Shown one piece after another: positions 10,645-22,344 of a DNA stretch of 51,716 nt. How positions within the stretch are numbered: the first letter of the stretch is position 1; each line of letters begins with the position of its first letter. Source of the stretch: Octopus bimaculoides (Eukaryota); NCBI RefSeq assembly GCF_001194135.2, contig NC_068990.1:20789633-20841348 (forward strand), read 5' to 3'. The notes under the pieces were generated by a model that saw only the letters and a program-made list of their open reading frames with translations, ran no database searches and was not told the origin of the DNA. The position numbers were made by a program, and so were the translations under genes.

Positions 10645-11575
10645 TAAACTATGCTAATAAGTCCCCCCCTCTCTTATATTCTTTGTAAATGATGCGGTAT
10701 TGTCAACACACGCGGAAGAGCAACTGCAACTCTTCTTGGGCAGATACAAACTTGTGTAGAAGACAAACTTGCTGGGACAATATGTTTGGTAATCCCCTTC
10801 CATTAACATTAACAGTCGCGAGCAGAATGTAGTCTGTGTATTCACATACCTCGATCTGTCCACAAGGAGAACATCTCTCTATAGTTTGATATTAACAGAC
10901 GCAGTGGCGGAACAGTCTTCACACATGTCACGCTTACAAAACGCTCCTGGAAGAATATTAAGTTAACGGTGCACTCCCGTACAGCAGTCTATTAAAATTA
11001 TATCACGGTACTACGATCAAGAGAATCTACTCTAGACAAACGCGGTGAGGCCAGCGTATTGCAGCTATGACACGTGAAATGATTCTTGGACATCAAGTTG
11101 ACTGACGTAGCCCCGAAATTGAGGTTCTGGTTCGCACCCAGATACACAGTCTTCTGAATTTATTGTAATAATTACACCTCTATTGTTCAGGTTACGTTCA
11201 TCGCATGTCAAGAAGAAGGTTCCTTAAAGAATCTTTCTCTAGAAGACTGGCCTTCGGTAAGAAAATGCAATCACATATACATCTTAGGTTGAATGGTTTC
11301 TGCAAATAAGATATGGAATCTCTTTACAGGAATGTTGGAACGTGGGAAGACGTTGGTGATAATGGCACACACAGAAGACAGGAACGAGACAAAAGGTTTG
11401 CAAAGAGAAGAAAAATGCTTGCGTTTAGCTGATATAGTCAAATAAAATCATTGGGAAGCAAGAACCGGGACAAGGTTAAAAAACAGTGACTTTAGATGCG
11501 TTCACTGTAGCCAGAACTGACAGTTACACGTGGCCTCAAAAAGTACAGGAGACGCTGTTCTATCGGCAAAGGCGA
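10645..11575 (+). mobile_element. Decayed RTE-clade LINE: reverse transcriptase C-terminal half and downstream domain
   Basis: Ordered peptides FFVNDAVLSTHAEEQLQ (FADD region), KTNLLGQ, SPSININ, VFTYL, GYVHRM, CK*DMESL..TWEDV and a terminal C..C zinc-finger remnant are collinear with RTE/BovB-type ORF2. Many stops and frameshifts. Confidence 0.75.
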
Positions 11576-11849
11576 AATAGAGTCTTCTAGACGCAGACCT
11601 ATGATCTGCTAGATTTATGGAGGCCTTCATTATGTATGTGTGTTTTGAGAGCATATATATGGTTTTTAATTGTATACACATGCATGCGTAAACGTATATC
11701 TACAAACACATACAAGTATGCATACATGTATGTACAAATATTTACAGTTGAGTATAAGGAGTAGCTTGAAATATAACGCCAGGTACAAGGAACTGTGACT
11801 CGAATACACATATCGATAAAGTCTACAAACCTACATATACAGTTGCAGA

Positions 11850-11876
11850 TATAGATAGATAAATAGATAGATAGAC

Positions 11877-11915
<39 letters not shown>

Positions 11916-11938
11916 AAGATAGATATATAGATAGATAT

Positions 11939-11979
<41 letters not shown>

Positions 11980-12050
11980 CTGATATATAGATAGATAAAT
12001 AAATAGTCTGATGGAAAGATAAATAGATAGATAGATAGATAAATAGAAAG
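11850..12050. repeat. (GATA)n tetranucleotide repeat
   Basis: Directly visible. Confidence 0.95.
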
Positions 12051-12358
12051 ATTGAGAGATGAATGTATATACATTACTACTTTAAAAGAAATAATTAAGA
12101 CAATGCGGTAAATTTCATGGTTTACAATAAAACTCATCTAATTATAAACTTTTTCCTAAAATTGAAAGAGAATATTCCAGAAATTGTGCAATGCTTGAGC
12201 AATTTCTACGTATTCCACATTATTCTAGAATAGACAATAACCATAGACAGATAGTCATCACTACTAACATAGATTCTTTCAAATTTGATATTCTTAGACA
12301 CTCACACACGCTCATACCCATATACATACATATATATATATATATATATATTATATAT

Positions 12359-12459
<101 letters not shown>

Positions 12460-13544
12460 CAACAATAATAATAACAATACCAATAATAAGAATAAGTAAC
12501 AACAAAAGAATGAGATCTCGATATTATATANNNNNNNNNNNNNNNNNNNNNNNNNNNNNNNNNNNNNNNNNNNNNNNNNNNNNNNNNNNNNNNNNNNNNN
12601 NNNNNNNNNNNNNNNNNNNNNNNNNNNNNNNNNNNNNNNNNNNNNNNNNNNNNNNNNNNNNNNNNNNNNNNNNNNNNNNNNNNNNNNNNNNNNNNNNNNN
12701 NNNNNNNNNNNNNNNNNNNNNNNNNNNNNNNNNNNNNNNNNNNNNNNNNNNNNNNNNNNNNNNNNNNNNNNNNNNNNNNNNNNNNNNNNNNNNNNNNNNN
12801 NNNNNNNNNNNNNNNNNNNNNNNNNNNNNNNNNNNNNNNNNNNNNNNNNNNNNNNNNNNNNNNNNNNNNNNNNNNNNNNNNNNNNNNNNNNNNNNNNNNN
12901 NNNNNNNNNNNNNNNNNNNNNNNNNNNNNNNNNNNNNNNNNNNNNNNNNNNNNNNNNNNNNNNNNNNNNNNNNNNNNNNNNNNNNNNNNNNNNNNNNNNN
13001 NNNNNNNNNNNNNNNNNNNNNNNNNNNNNNNNNNNNNNNNNNNNNNNNNNNNNNNNNNNNNNNNNNNNNNNNNNNNNNNNNNNNNNNNNNNNNNNNNNNN
13101 NNNNNNNNNNNNNNNNNNNNNNNNNNNNNNNNNNNNNNNNNNNNNNNNNNNNNNNNNNNNNNNNNNNNNNNNNNNNNNNNNNNNNNNNNNNNNNNNNNNN
13201 NNNNNNNNNNNNNNNNNNNNNNNNNNNNNNNNNNNNNNNNNNNNNNNNNNNNNNNNNNNNNNNNNNNNNNNNNNNNNNNNNNNNNNNNNNNNNNNNNNNN
13301 NNNNNNNNNNNNNNNNNNNNNNNNNNNNNNNNNNNNNNNNNNNNNNNNNNNNNNNNNNNNNNNNNNNNNNNNNNNNNNNNNNNNNNNNNNNNNNNNNNNN
13401 NNNNNNNNNNNNNNNNNNNNNNNNNNNNNNNNNNNNNNNNNNNNNNNNNNNNNATATATATATATTAAACCACTCTATGGTAACTATGCAAATTGCATGT
13501 ATCGTTAATTGGTTGAAGTCATAAGCATTCTCATATAAACCGAC

Positions 13545-13545
<1 letters not shown>

Positions 13546-13624
<79 letters not shown>
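13546..13624. repeat. Compound (AAT)n(GAT)n microsatellite
   Basis: Directly visible. Confidence 0.95.
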
Positions 13625-13627
<3 letters not shown>

Positions 13628-14442
13628 AATCGTCGACAATGACAACAATAATGATAATGATACTCATAACATTATTACAGGGGCGTATCTCCTTTTCAAA
13701 TTCTTTACATTTGAGAGAAAATCAATTTACAAACAATTATAACTTGTGTACAAGCTGATTTTTTGTGTGTTTTTATTTTATATTACGTTCATTTATTTAT
13801 TTTTATGTTTATTAGTGGCCTTTTCTGCTCAATCAATAGAAGGACAGCAATATTGATCGTCTATCGGACAATAAGGCATCATTATGTAATCAAATAATTT
13901 GTCCTCGTGCTCTTTTTTCTAATTGCGATTGATATCTGGACATTAAAAACATAATAAAAAGATTAAAGGTGACTTAGAATAAAGTCTTTTATTAAGAGAC
14001 AACGATAATAAACCATTAAGCGAAGTTCAAATGAATAATACTATTTGGCCAGCCCCCCCCCACCTAGTTAATCTATAAAAATAAAAATCAAAAACGAAAG
14101 AATAAAATAAAAATAAAATAAAATTTAACAAAGATATTTCGAACGAAAACTAATATCCAAACGAGCATTTCAGTAGAAATGTGTTATTTAGTCTTAAGGG
14201 GAATTAATTCATGTTTTCTTCTAAATTTTCTCGTTCTACGTGTTTGATAGTGTTTATTGGAGAACAGACAAGGGGTCCCGGTTAACATTTCAATGTAATT
14301 ACACTATTATTGCGCTTAGGACGAAACGGCATGAATGTCATAGCATCCTATTCGAAAAATATACAGAAACGGTAGCAACAAAAAACGGAAGCAATATCAG
14401 TAATAATTGTAGTAGCAGCAACAGTAATTGTAATAATAACAG

Positions 14443-14443
<1 letters not shown>

Positions 14444-14519
<76 letters not shown>

Positions 14520-14710
14520 AGCAGCAGCAGTAGTAGTAGTAGTAGTAGCAGCAGCAGAAGTAGTAGTAGTAGTAGTAGCAGAAGGATCAACAGCTGTAGC
14601 AGTAGTAGAATACATAGTAGTAGCAGCAGAAGCACCGATAGTAGTAGCAGCAGCAGCAGCAGTAGCAGTAGTAGTAGTAGTAGTAATAGTAGTAGTAGTA
14701 GCAGAAGCGG
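14444..14710. repeat. (ACT)n(AGT)n palindromic microsatellite followed by a degenerate AGT/AGC tract
   Basis: (ACT)11 at 14444-14476 is immediately followed by (AGT)n. Confidence 0.95.
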
Positions 14711-14779
14711 CAACCACAGCAGCACCAACATTTTTTTATTGACTCGGGGAATGTTTGCCCAACCAATCAAGATTAGTAG

Positions 14780-15002
14780 TTGGCACAAGGCCAGTAAGGT
14801 TGAAGGAGGTGGGTAAGTCGATTACTTCGAGCTCCACCCCTCCACATACACATACAGAGTTCCAGTGCTTAATTGCTATGTATTTTATCGATCCCGAAAG
14901 AGATGAAAAGCAAAACCGACCAAAATGAATTCGAACTCACAATGTAAAAGCGGACGAAATGCCACTGAGCATTTTGTCCGGCATTCTAACGTTTCCACCT
15001 TT
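14780..15002 (-). mobile_element. tRNA-derived SINE family A
   Basis: Family A consensus on the minus strand. Confidence 0.8.
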
Positions 15003-15011
15003 GATATATAG

Positions 15012-15166
15012 TGGTTTCATATTTTGTCAAAAGGCCAGCACATTTTGGGGGACATCAACTCCAGTGTTCAGTTGCTACTTATTTTATCGATCCCGAAAAA
15101 ATGAAAAGCAAAGTCGACCTCAGCGGAATTTTATCTCAAAGCGTACAAATGGACGAAATGCCGCTA
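15012..15166 (-). mobile_element. SINE family A, 5'-truncated, tandem with the previous copy
   Basis: TTTTATCGATCCCGAAA...AAAGTCGACCTCAGCGGAATTT...GACGAAATGCCGCTA. Confidence 0.8.
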
Positions 15167-15198
15167 CAGTTCTACATTTAAGAGATGAAGGAATTATG

Positions 15199-15345
15199 TA
15201 CATTATTTACATTATTTACATTTGACGGATATTTATCCTCATCTCGATTGTTGTCAACACAACGTTTCAGCTGATATACCCTCCGGCCTTCATCAGGTGT
15301 CTTGGGGAAATTTCGAACCTGAGGTATTTATCGATGTTGCTGTTT

Positions 15346-15397
<52 letters not shown>

Positions 15398-15486
15398 CAT
15401 TATTATTCAGATCACTGCCTGGAATTGAACTCGGAAGCTAAGCATTTTACCCGGCGTGCTTACGATCCCGCCATCTCGCCACCTTA
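15199..15486 (-). mobile_element. Hammerhead-bearing retroposon (family D) copy 2, fused to a family A head
   Basis: Minus strand order: family A head (15486-15436), TTCCGAGTTCAATTCCAGGCAG, (AAT)n, family D body, (TGTAAATAA)n tail. Confidence 0.85.
15256..15301 (-). ncRNA. Minimal type I hammerhead ribozyme motif (core intact, helix II weakened)
   Basis: GACAC-CTGATGA-A-GGCCG[GAGGGTATAT]CAGCT-GAAA-CGTT-GTGTT; helix II has a terminal G-U pair and a C-A mismatch. Confidence 0.6.
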
Positions 15487-15497
15487 AATGTATTATA

Positions 15498-15710
15498 CAG
15501 CGTGTTCACAAAGTATCTCCACAGTGAATGCTTTTCATCCTGCGCATCACCATGGCGCACCTTCAAGAGTTTTTCGGTGAACGGATTATTTTGAAGGGAC
15601 TTTAGTTACCAAGATCACCTGATTCAACACCGCCAGACCTTTTTTTTCTGGGGAGTAAGCAAAGGACTTGTGTACAAGAATCGCCCGAAAACCATTAAAT
15701 ACTTACTGCG
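15498..15710 (+). mobile_element. Tc1/mariner-superfamily transposase relic with a TIR-like start
   Basis: TA|CAGCGTGTTCACAAAGT, then MAHLQEFFGERIILKGL*LPRSPDSTPPD and, after a frameshift, FFWGVSKGLVYKNRPKTI. This matches the WPPRSPDL.P.DFFLWG.LK..VY motif of mariner-like transposases. Confidence 0.8.
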
Positions 15711-16512
15711 GAGAAACTTTTTGAACTCTCTATATATCACCAGAAAAATTCCAGAAACGATTCAATGTACGATATTTTTCAGCCAAAATCGGTGGAATTG
15801 TATTTAACTGAAAAGAACCAATGATTACAAAGGAACCGACAAGCTGTCACTCGAGTTATTTCCGTAGGTCTCTGTAGGTCCGTACCTCTTTGTATGTCCA
15901 TTGAAATTATGGGTCCGCGTGTAAAATGTTCATATCTAAGGCTTACGGCTGGGCAAAGTTATAATGAAGCCACTTGAATTTCCCCAAACTACTCTGCCTA
16001 AGACCATGTTGGATGAAAACTGGAAAGTGCGAAGGAACATGTTATTCTTGTAGTTGAATAAAGGATCCGTCCTTCTGTTTAGTGATACGTGTTTTCATTG
16101 GTTAATTTCTGTAAATACATTTTGTTGGTGGTCGCTTGGAAATCTTTCCATAACCATGGAAAGAACAAACACCATGGTTATGCATCTCAGATCTTCTACA
16201 CTTCATTAATACGTGCCGTTGCGACCTTCTTGAGTTAAAAGTTGAGGATCTTGCCTAATGTCTCAGGCTTCTCCCGAATCAGCATCTTCAAACCGATCCA
16301 AAACCAATTTATTTTTTTTCGGAACCTACTTATTCCTGCCAGTATTCTAAGTTCCTGCAGCATTACACATTTCGCCATTCACCAGAAGTATGCATTTAGT
16401 GACATTTTCGCAATTTTTACCGTAAACCCTCGCCGTGTAGCGTAAATTGGCATCAGTAAAACTACCCCATATACTGTGAAGCACGCTAGGTCACCGTGTG
16501 AAAATTCACTTA

Positions 16513-16670
16513 CAGTCGTGGCCAAAAGTTTGGAACAGTTTTGTAAAAGTTAAACTCGTTATTTCCAAATACAATTCGATTCAAATATATATACAACGTA
16601 CATATATTTGGGCATTTAATATAAAAATTCTAATTTTCAGACATATGTTCCAAAACTTTGGCCACTTCTG
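16513..16670. mobile_element. Tc1-type MITE, 158 bp, 25-bp TIRs, TA target-site duplication
   Basis: CAGTCGTGGCCAAAAGTTTGGAACA ... TGTTCCAAAACTTTGGCCACTTCTG (21/25 complementary); TA at 16511-12 and 16671-72. Confidence 0.85.
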
Positions 16671-16685
16671 TATATAGCATACTAC

Positions 16686-16906
16686 ATTATTTACATTATT
16701 TACATTTGACGGATATTTCTCCTCATCTTGTCTGTTGTTAACACAACGTTTCGGCTGATATACCCTCCAGCCTTCGTCAGGTGTCTTGGGGAAATTTCGA
16801 ACCTGGGTTCTCATTCCTAACGATGTTACTATTATTATTTATTATTATTATTACTATTATTAATCAGGTCGCTGCCGTGAATCGAACTCGGAACCTTGGG
16901 GTTCTG
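16686..16906 (-). mobile_element. Hammerhead-bearing SINE-like retroposon (family D) copy 3, flanked by a 13-bp TSD
   Basis: TATAGCATACTAC at 16673-16685 and 16907-16919. Minus strand order: B-box-like GAGTTCGATTC, (AAT)n, hammerhead motif, (TGTAAATAA)n tail. Confidence 0.9.
16740..16785 (-). ncRNA. Minimal type I hammerhead ribozyme motif, intact core
   Basis: GACAC-CTGACGA-A-GGCTG[GAGGGTATAT]CAGCC-GAAA-CG-TT-GTGTT. Helix I has 5 bp (one G-U), helix II has 5 bp, helix III is the palindrome ACGU, and the cleavage triplet is GUU. Confidence 0.72.
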
Positions 16907-16912
16907 TATAGC

Positions 16913-16913
16913 A

Positions 16914-16971
<58 letters not shown>

Positions 16972-16986
16972 GCCGCCGCCACCACC

Positions 16987-17019
<33 letters not shown>
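16913..17019. repeat. (CTA)n/(CCA)n microsatellite
   Basis: Directly visible. Confidence 0.95.
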
Positions 17020-17020
<1 letters not shown>

Positions 17021-17245
17021 AGGCGGCAGGCTGACAGAAATGTTAGTGCATCAGATAAAATGCTTAGCGGTATTTCTTCCGGTTCTTCACGTTCTTAGTT
17101 CAAATTCCGCCGCGGTCGACTTTGTTTTTTTTTCCTTCCAGGGTCGATAAAATATAAACCAGTTGAGGAGTGGAGCCAATATAATCGACTTAAATACTCA
17201 CCCGAAATTTGTGGCCCTTGTGCCAACTTTTAAAACGATTATTAT
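17020..17245 (+). mobile_element. tRNA-derived SINE family A
   Basis: Family A consensus, starting directly after (CTA)n. Confidence 0.85.
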
Positions 17246-17454
17246 TAATATTTCTAAAATATACATGAATCTACAAATTCTAGGAATGTTTCGACTTGAT
17301 TATGTGGGTCCCACTTCTTATCCCTAGCATTACTGCGCACCCAAACACTCAGATACATTGAAATGCCAGATTTGAACCCGACATCTTTGGAACGAAGGGA
17401 CATTTTGTCCGACGCTCTAACAATAATACAGACTCATGTTTTTGTAGCGGCAGC

Positions 17455-17600
17455 CACGTTGTTGCTGTTGTTGCTGTTGTTGCTGCTGCCACTGCTGCTG
17501 CTCTGACTGCTGTTGATGCTTCTAGTTCTGCTTCGGCTTCTGCTCCTGATAATCTTGCTGCCACCGCCGCCGCTGCCGCCGCCGCTGCCTCCGCCGCCGC
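17455..17600. repeat. Cryptic GCT/GTT/GCC trinucleotide low-complexity tract
   Basis: Directly visible. Confidence 0.85.
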
Positions 17601-18615
17601 CATTTTTGATGCCTCTGCTTCTCTTGCAAGAATTGCTGCTAATGCTCTCTATTAATAACACTTATACAGATCTCTTTATTGTGAAGTGGTAGGAGGAAAG
17701 AGACGACTTGGAGCAACGCCATGCTGCAAATTAATTTTTCCTCTGCAGCAGCTGAAATATCACAGTTATCGCAGCTATTTCGGAAATTCTCGCTAGCATT
17801 TACAGCTTCCGTTTGTCACCATTTGCCAAAATTTCATCGCCTTACGCTTTAAGATTGTCGCCTTGATATATTAATTGAGTCTGCGGTAGATTGCTTGCTA
17901 GCTCGCGCTTTTAAACCAACGCGATACTTTAAAATCCATACACACTTTAATCTCTTTTACAGCTAATTTTCTCCATTTTCACTAGCTCACGTCTAATTCT
18001 ACTCTAAACATATCACATATCACTTTTCCTTTCTTCCCATCAATCAATACAAGGTTAATTAAACAATCTTTTCTTTTCATTCATTCTATAGTCACTAACT
18101 TCAATGTAAATCATCATCTTTCTGCGCTTTCTCTTTTCTTTTATTCCAATTTCTGACACGCCCCAACCCTAAATCAACCCCTACCTCTCACTAATTCACC
18201 GAACATTTCCTAATAACTACCTTTTCCTTTCGTTTCATTCGCAACTCTCATCCTCTTTGCTGGGACAAAAGTGTCTTAAAGCAGCTGTTAATTTTATTTG
18301 AAACGCTCTGTTTTCTGCACAATCCTTCATTACTCTCGTTTTTTTCTTCTAAACATTGAACTGTGTTCGGTATTTTTTCCATGATACTTATATATTTATT
18401 TATTTATATATTTGTATATTGGGTGAGGTCTGGTTAGGGTAATTTTCCTATACGTTGCATCGTTTCTGTTATATTTTCTTTATAACCAATTGTACTTTGC
18501 ATTCTGTGTCACATTTTATTTCAGAATCCATATTTTTTTCTTTCATTCTCTATCACCGCTCCCTTCTCATGTCTCTGTTTTGTTTTTAAACTATCACTGT
18601 AGTAATACACAAACA

Positions 18616-18659
<44 letters not shown>

Positions 18660-18824
18660 TTTATATTTATGTGTGTGTACGTGTGTGTGTTTGTATTTAA
18701 ACATATATAGATGTACATATAAATATATCTAATTACAGATACAACTCTCATCTCCTGCTGGTTTCACCCAGAGGCTGAGACCATACTGGAGCACAGTGTG
18801 TTTCGGTTTCATTTCCGAAACGTT

Positions 18825-19110
18825 TCTGGTGACGTAGCCAGTCGTACGGAGCTGATCTTCTTTGTGCCTGCTGCCCCGCGATGCTGGTTCATCTGGTGTC
18901 GCGGGGCAAAATTTGTCCAGACGCTCTTTGAGGACTTCCACATTTGCATTTCAGAGGTTGTTTGGTAGAATGTTGAATAGTTGTGGGCCCTTCAAATCCA
19001 AGATATCACAGTTTTAATTCTGGATGGGGAAGACGGGAACGTTGGTAATATGCAGTGCCATCCAGTTTGGTGTTTGGTATAGCTTTCGGTTTCAAACTGG
19101 GGAGCTAGGC
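18825..19110 (-). mobile_element. Non-LTR retrotransposon 3' end fragment (probably CR1/L2 group)
   Basis: Minus strand peptides HCILPTFPSSPSRIKT, EGPQLFNILPNNL and VEVLKERLDKFCPATPDEP; homologous to the two fragments at 27.3-27.9 kb. Confidence 0.7.
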
Positions 19111-19272
19111 TATATATGCATATATTTATGTATAAATACATACCTATATATACATACATACATACAAACGTCCATGCATACATACATACAGACAGACAGA
19201 CAGACATGGATAATTAAATGGATAAGTAGACAGGCAGAGAAAGAGAAAGAGAGAGAAGAGAGGGAGAAACAG

Positions 19273-19273
19273 A

Positions 19274-19327
<54 letters not shown>
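19273..19327. repeat. (GA)n microsatellite
   Basis: Directly visible. Confidence 0.95.
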
Positions 19328-19331
<4 letters not shown>

Positions 19332-19602
19332 GTGATAGGCTGCAAGTGGTGTAAATTTAATTTGAGATTAGACCATATTGATGGCTCTCGCCATATGTAT
19401 GTATCAATGCATATATATATATGTATATATATANNNNNNNNNNNNNNNNNNNNNNNNNNNNNNNNNNNNNNNNNNNNNNNNNNNNNNNNNNNNNNNNNNN
19501 NNNNNNNNNNNNNNNNNNNNNNNNNNNNNNNNNNNNNNNNNNNNNNNNNNNNNNNNNNNNNNNNNNNNNNNNNNNNNNNNNNNNNNNNNNNNNNNNNNNN
19601 NN

Positions 19603-19643
<41 letters not shown>

Positions 19644-20250
19644 CCTACATACATACACACATGCACAGACACACATACACACACACACACACACACACAT
19701 ATTCAAACTTGAGTATATTAATTACGTCGCTGAAAAGTGTACGGTATCCATTTCAAACACATACGTTTACACACGTTTATACACACACCATTGTTTTCCT
19801 TCATAATTTTATTGTATATACTATTATATCAAAAGGTTTCATCTACATTTACAACTTCGTCTCTGAGACACAATCCGTAGTTACATTACACCTTTTCTTT
19901 TCTATTGTTTTTGTTATTCAGTGACATCGTCAAATGTTCGAAATTAGGGCAAAATGTGTGAAACATTATAGAATGAAATATTATCTTGATATGAAACATC
20001 AGAGTATATTATATTATCTAGAAATGTATACAATATATATATTTTTTAATTCGATGTTCTTTCAGTCCTAAATACGATCTGGTTAATTCACCTGTGAATC
20101 ACATACAGTTGATCCGTCTATCCATCCATCCTACCTGCCTGCCTGCCAGCAATATATATATGTGTGCGTGTATACACACACACACACACACAGACACATA
20201 CACATATACATATATATGCATGTATGCATGTATGTATGCATGTATTCATA

Positions 20251-20283
<33 letters not shown>

Positions 20284-22344
20284 NNNNNNNNNNNNNNNNN
20301 NNNNNNNNNNNNNNNNNNNNNNNNNNNNNNNNNNNNNNNNNNNNNNNNNNNNNNNNNNNNNNNNNNNNNNNNNNNNNNNNNNNNNNNNNNNNNNNNNNNN
20401 NNNNNNNNNNNNNNNNNNNNNNNNNNNNNNNNNNNNNNNNNNNNNNNNNNNNNNNNNNNNNNNNNNNNNNNNNNNNNNNNNNNNNNNNNNNNNNNNNNNN
20501 NNNNNNNNNNNNNNNNNNNNNNNNNNNNNNNNNNNNNNNNNNNNNNNNNNNNNNNNNNNNNNNNNNNNNNNNNNNNNNNNNNNNNNNNNNNNNNNNNNNN
20601 NNNNNNNNNNNNNNNNNNNNNNNNNNNNNNNNNNNNNNNNNNNNNNNNNNNNNNNNNNNNNNNNNNNNNNNNNNNNNNNNNNNNNNNNNNNNNNNNNNNN
20701 NNNNNNNNNNNNNNNNNNNNNNNNNNNNNNNNNNNNNNNNNNNNNNNNNNNNNNNNNNNNNNNNNNNNNNNNNNNNNNNNNNNNNNNNNNNNNNNNNNNN
20801 NNNNNNNNNNNNNNNNNNNNNNNNNNNNNNNNNNNNNNNNNNNNNNNNNNNNNNNNNNNNNNNNNNNNNNNNNNNNNNNNNNNNNNNNNNNNNNNNNNNN
20901 NNNNNNNNNNNNNNNNNNNNNNNNNNNNNNNNNNNNNNNNNNNNNNNNNNNNNNNNNNNNNNNNNNNNNNNNNNNNNNNNNNNNNNNNNNNNNNNNNNNN
21001 NNNNNNNNNNNNNNNNNNNNNNNNNNNNNNNNNNNNNNNNNNNNNNNNNNNNNNNNNNNNNNNNNNNNNNNNNNNNNNNNNNNNNNNNNNNNNNNNNNNN
21101 NNNNNNNNNNNNNNNNNNNNNNNNNNNNNNNNNNNNNNNNNNNNNNNNNNNNNNNNNNNNNNNNNNNNNNNNNNNNNNNNNNNNNNNNNNNNNNNNNNTA
21201 TATATACCATTTTGCCTAAATAATGAAACTACAGATACAATACCCCTGCATATCTCACGTCTATTTTCATTCCTCCACTTCAGTCTCTATTTCATATCTT
21301 ATCTAGAATAACTATTGTTTAACCATTTTCTCACACCGTCTCCGATGAAGGGATATATAAAATTTAGAAGCTGTAAGACCTTCTATTTATAAATGTTCTA
21401 AAACCTTCACAGCCTTGTTTTTTTTATCTCATTCTGAAAATTTTTTTTATATATACACATGGTGATGTATGACCTACGTTGGGCTCCTTATTCGAATAAT
21501 CACCGAACCTGGAGCTTAACTATGGTCTGTCCATAGCACTTACTCAACATTACCTGACACCTTTGGGTCTTATTGACACTATTACCTCTCATAACCTCTA
21601 TACATGTATATACATATATGTATGTGCCCGCCTTTCTCTCTCTCTCTCTCTNNNNNNNNNNNNNNNNNNNNNNNNNNNNNNNNNNNNNNNNNNNNNNNNN
21701 NNNNNNNNNNNNNNNNNNNNNNNNNNNNNNNNNNNNNNNNNNNNNNNNNNNNNNNNNNNNNNNNNNNNNNNNNNNNNNNNNNNNNNNNNNNNNNNNNNNN
21801 NNNNNNNNNNNNNNNNNNNNNNNNNNNNNNNNNNNNNNNNNNNNNNNNNNNNNNNNNNNNNNNNNNNNNNNNNNNNNNNNNNNNNNNNNNNNNNNNNNNN
21901 NNNNNNNNNNNNNNNNNNNNNNNNNNNNTATATATATATATATATCCCACGCGGATAGGAGATCCTTCTTTTTTCTGTCGAGGGCCCCTTTATTACACTA
22001 TTTTCCTTAGTCATTCCACGGTGATCGCCATAAGCTTTAAGCTTATATAAAAATACCATTATTATTATTTACAGAATTGTAAAAACGGAGCCGTATAAAA
22101 AAAAAATTCACACCGAAAGCATATATATATATATATATATAATTCACATGTCTGCATATTTGCATATAATTATATATTTCACATGTTTGCGCGCGTGTGT
22201 GTGTACATATATTTACATATATACATGCTTGCAATCCAATCAGGATTGTGGACCCTGTGTTGATTGCAATGTCATAAGATCAGATCTGATATGAGTTCTT
22301 TATATGACGTTTCGCTATGTGACATGTGGTCAATTTGACAGTTA

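Noticed and set aside
17349-17661. Ala-rich and Gly/Ser-rich ORFs
   Set aside because: Cryptic triplet repeat that is open in several frames; no splice or homology support.
21240-21460. Possible Penelope-like terminal relic (CCGATGAAGGGATAT), similar in texture to 18100-18400
   Set aside because: Too degenerate to align or fold with confidence.
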